A DNA stretch of 64,000 bases, taken from positions 363 through 64,362 of the forward strand of contig JADZGE010000069.1 in NCBI GenBank assembly GCA_020854035.1. The letters are read 5' to 3'. Positions 62,862-64,000 of this stretch are shown piece after piece. Each line of letters opens with the position of its first letter. The first letter of the stretch is position 1. Both the position numbers and the translations under genes were made by a program. Source of the DNA: Burkholderiales bacterium. Its GTDB lineage: Bacteria; Pseudomonadota; Gammaproteobacteria; Burkholderiales; SG8-41. The notes beneath the pieces were generated by a model. The model worked only from the letters and a program-made list of their open reading frames with translations, had not been told where the DNA came from and did not search any database.

Positions 62862-64000
62862 TCATGGAATGATCGGCAGTAGCAGATGGGCCGGGCGATC
62901 CGCTCCCGCGTGCAGCGTCACCTTGTTGTGGAAGATAGCGGGCGGCCGGTCGGCGGGATCGTCGTGCACGAACGGGCCGCAGCCGCGCATCGGGTTCTTC
63001 ATGTTGGAGAGCTCGAAGGCTTCTCCCTCGTACTCGTAGTCCCTGCCGCGGATCGTGAGCGCGAGGCGCCAGCCCTTCGGCACGACGACGCAGGTCGGCC
63101 AGATTTCCACGTCGAGCTGGTAGATCCCTCCGGGCGTCAACGGCTGCTTCTCGTCGTGTGCGTGCCAGGGCCGGTACGGGAGCGTCAACTTCGGGTCGAG
63201 CTTCCTTTGCGAGGCGCGCAGCCACCCCTGCGCGACGGGCGTGTGCGGGTCGAGCGCGCCCTGGAAGACGAGTTCCCTGCCCTGGGGATCGAACACGCGC
63301 ACCACGGCGAAGATGTCCGCGTCGGCTGTGGAGGAGGAAATCCAGAGCTTCAGCGCGATCGGGCCCGTCACCTCGGTGTCTTTCTCGAGTGGCGGGGTCG
63401 AGAAGGTGACGCCCTCGCCCGTGGCGTCGTAGGTCACCGAACGCGGGACCTTCACCGGCTCCGTCGCGAGGCGCTGTCCCTGGGGGTCGAGGTGGAACCG
63501 CGTCCAGAGCGTGCGCGCGAGCGGCCACTCGTTCTCCGCGCGCTCGACGAACTTTTCGCCGGGGTGGCGCACCTTGAGGCTGACGCGCGGCTGCCGGTCC
63601 CAGCCGTTCTGCCTTCCCTTCAGGAAGTGATCGAAAAACCTCTTCTGGAGCGCGACACCCCAGTCGGTGTAGAACGGCGCCCAGTGCGAGCCGCCGTGGA
63701 CCTCCAGCCACTTCTCGGTGGAGGCGGCGCGCGTGAAGCCTTCGAAGTTGCCGCGCGGGTGCAGGCCCTGCCCGCCCCAGTTGGCGGCCGAAAGGAGCGG
63801 CACCGTCACCTTCGAGAAGTCCGCCGAGCGCTCGCGGTAGTAGGGGCCGTCGAGCGGCCGCGACAGAAAATCCTCCCACATGTTGGCGCGATTCTTCGCG
63901 AGTTCCGCTTCGGCAAGCGTCTCGGGCCCGCAGACGAGCTCGCCGGTGACCGCGCTCTTCGGACCGCGTTCGCCGCGCCCGTGCTGGACCGTCATCACCT
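62862..64000 (-). CDS. CocE/NonD family hydrolase (partial, N-terminus beyond the window end)
   Basis: The C-terminal two thirds are present: SADFSKVTVPLLSAANWGGQGLHPRGNFEGF, then the beta-sandwich C-terminal domain. The frame stays open to the window edge. Confidence 0.8.
   Translation of the reverse strand, partial: VMTVQHGRGERGPKSAVTGELVCGPETLAEAELAKNRANMWEDFLSRPLDGPYYRERSADFSKVTVPLLSAANWGGQGLHPRGNFEGFTRAASTEKWLEVHGGSHWAPFYTDWGVALQKRFFDHFLKGRQNGWDRQPRVSLKVRHPGEKFVERAENEWPLARTLWTRFHLDPQGQRLATEPVKVPRSVTYDATGEGVTFSTPPLEKDTEVTGPIALKLWISSSTADADIFAVVRVFDPQGRELVFQGALDPHTPVAQGWLRASQRKLDPKLTLPYRPWHAHDEKQPLTPGGIYQLDVEIWPTCVVVPKGWRLALTIRGRDYEYEGEAFELSNMKNPMRGCGPFVHDDPADRPPAIFHNKVTLHAGADRPAHLLLPIIP

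Overview
This is a high-GC chromosome segment with betaproteobacterial-type gene order. About 80% of it is ordinary core genome. In order: aa3 cytochrome oxidase assembly genes (ctaG, coxC, SURF1, heme O synthase, SCO), rpoH, ftsYEX, two M16 peptidases, rsmD-coaD, a ferredoxin and mutM. Then come a gldAFG-like ABC system, TPR-lolB-ispE-tRNA-Gln-prs-rplY-pth-ychF, yebC-ruvCAB, ybgC-tolQRAB-pal-cpoB, queC and tRNA-Lys. From about 44.6 kb the content turns accessory and catabolic. It holds three form-II CoxL-like molybdenum hydroxylase large subunits with a single FAD and a single Fe-S subunit gene. It also holds an ACMSD-type amidohydrolase, a lipoprotein alpha/beta hydrolase, a group-D flavin monooxygenase, a VOC protein, a glutathionyl-hydroquinone reductase and a partial CocE/NonD hydrolase. 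I found no rRNA, CRISPR, transposase or integrase. Two things stand out. First, a roughly 3.2 kb visibly lower-GC mosaic islet (about 28.6-31.9 kb) carries an intact XRE-ImmA/IrrE regulator-protease gene coupled to a PIN nuclease ORF. That ORF runs in frame into the C-terminal PD-(D/E)xK part of a type III-like Res gene. The islet also has a divergent pair of small HNH nuclease genes, the second truncated, and an SNF2 helicase fragment. Second, nearly every intergenic spacer from about 35 to 63 kb is filled by short tandem arrays of 7-, 10-, 13- or 14-nt units. These belong to a few recurring word families and often begin at the upstream stop codon. One of them is a 175-nt run of 25 in-register heptamers. 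I cannot show that either observation is a new biological system; they are the best candidates. All protein family calls come from motif recognition by eye, not from searches.
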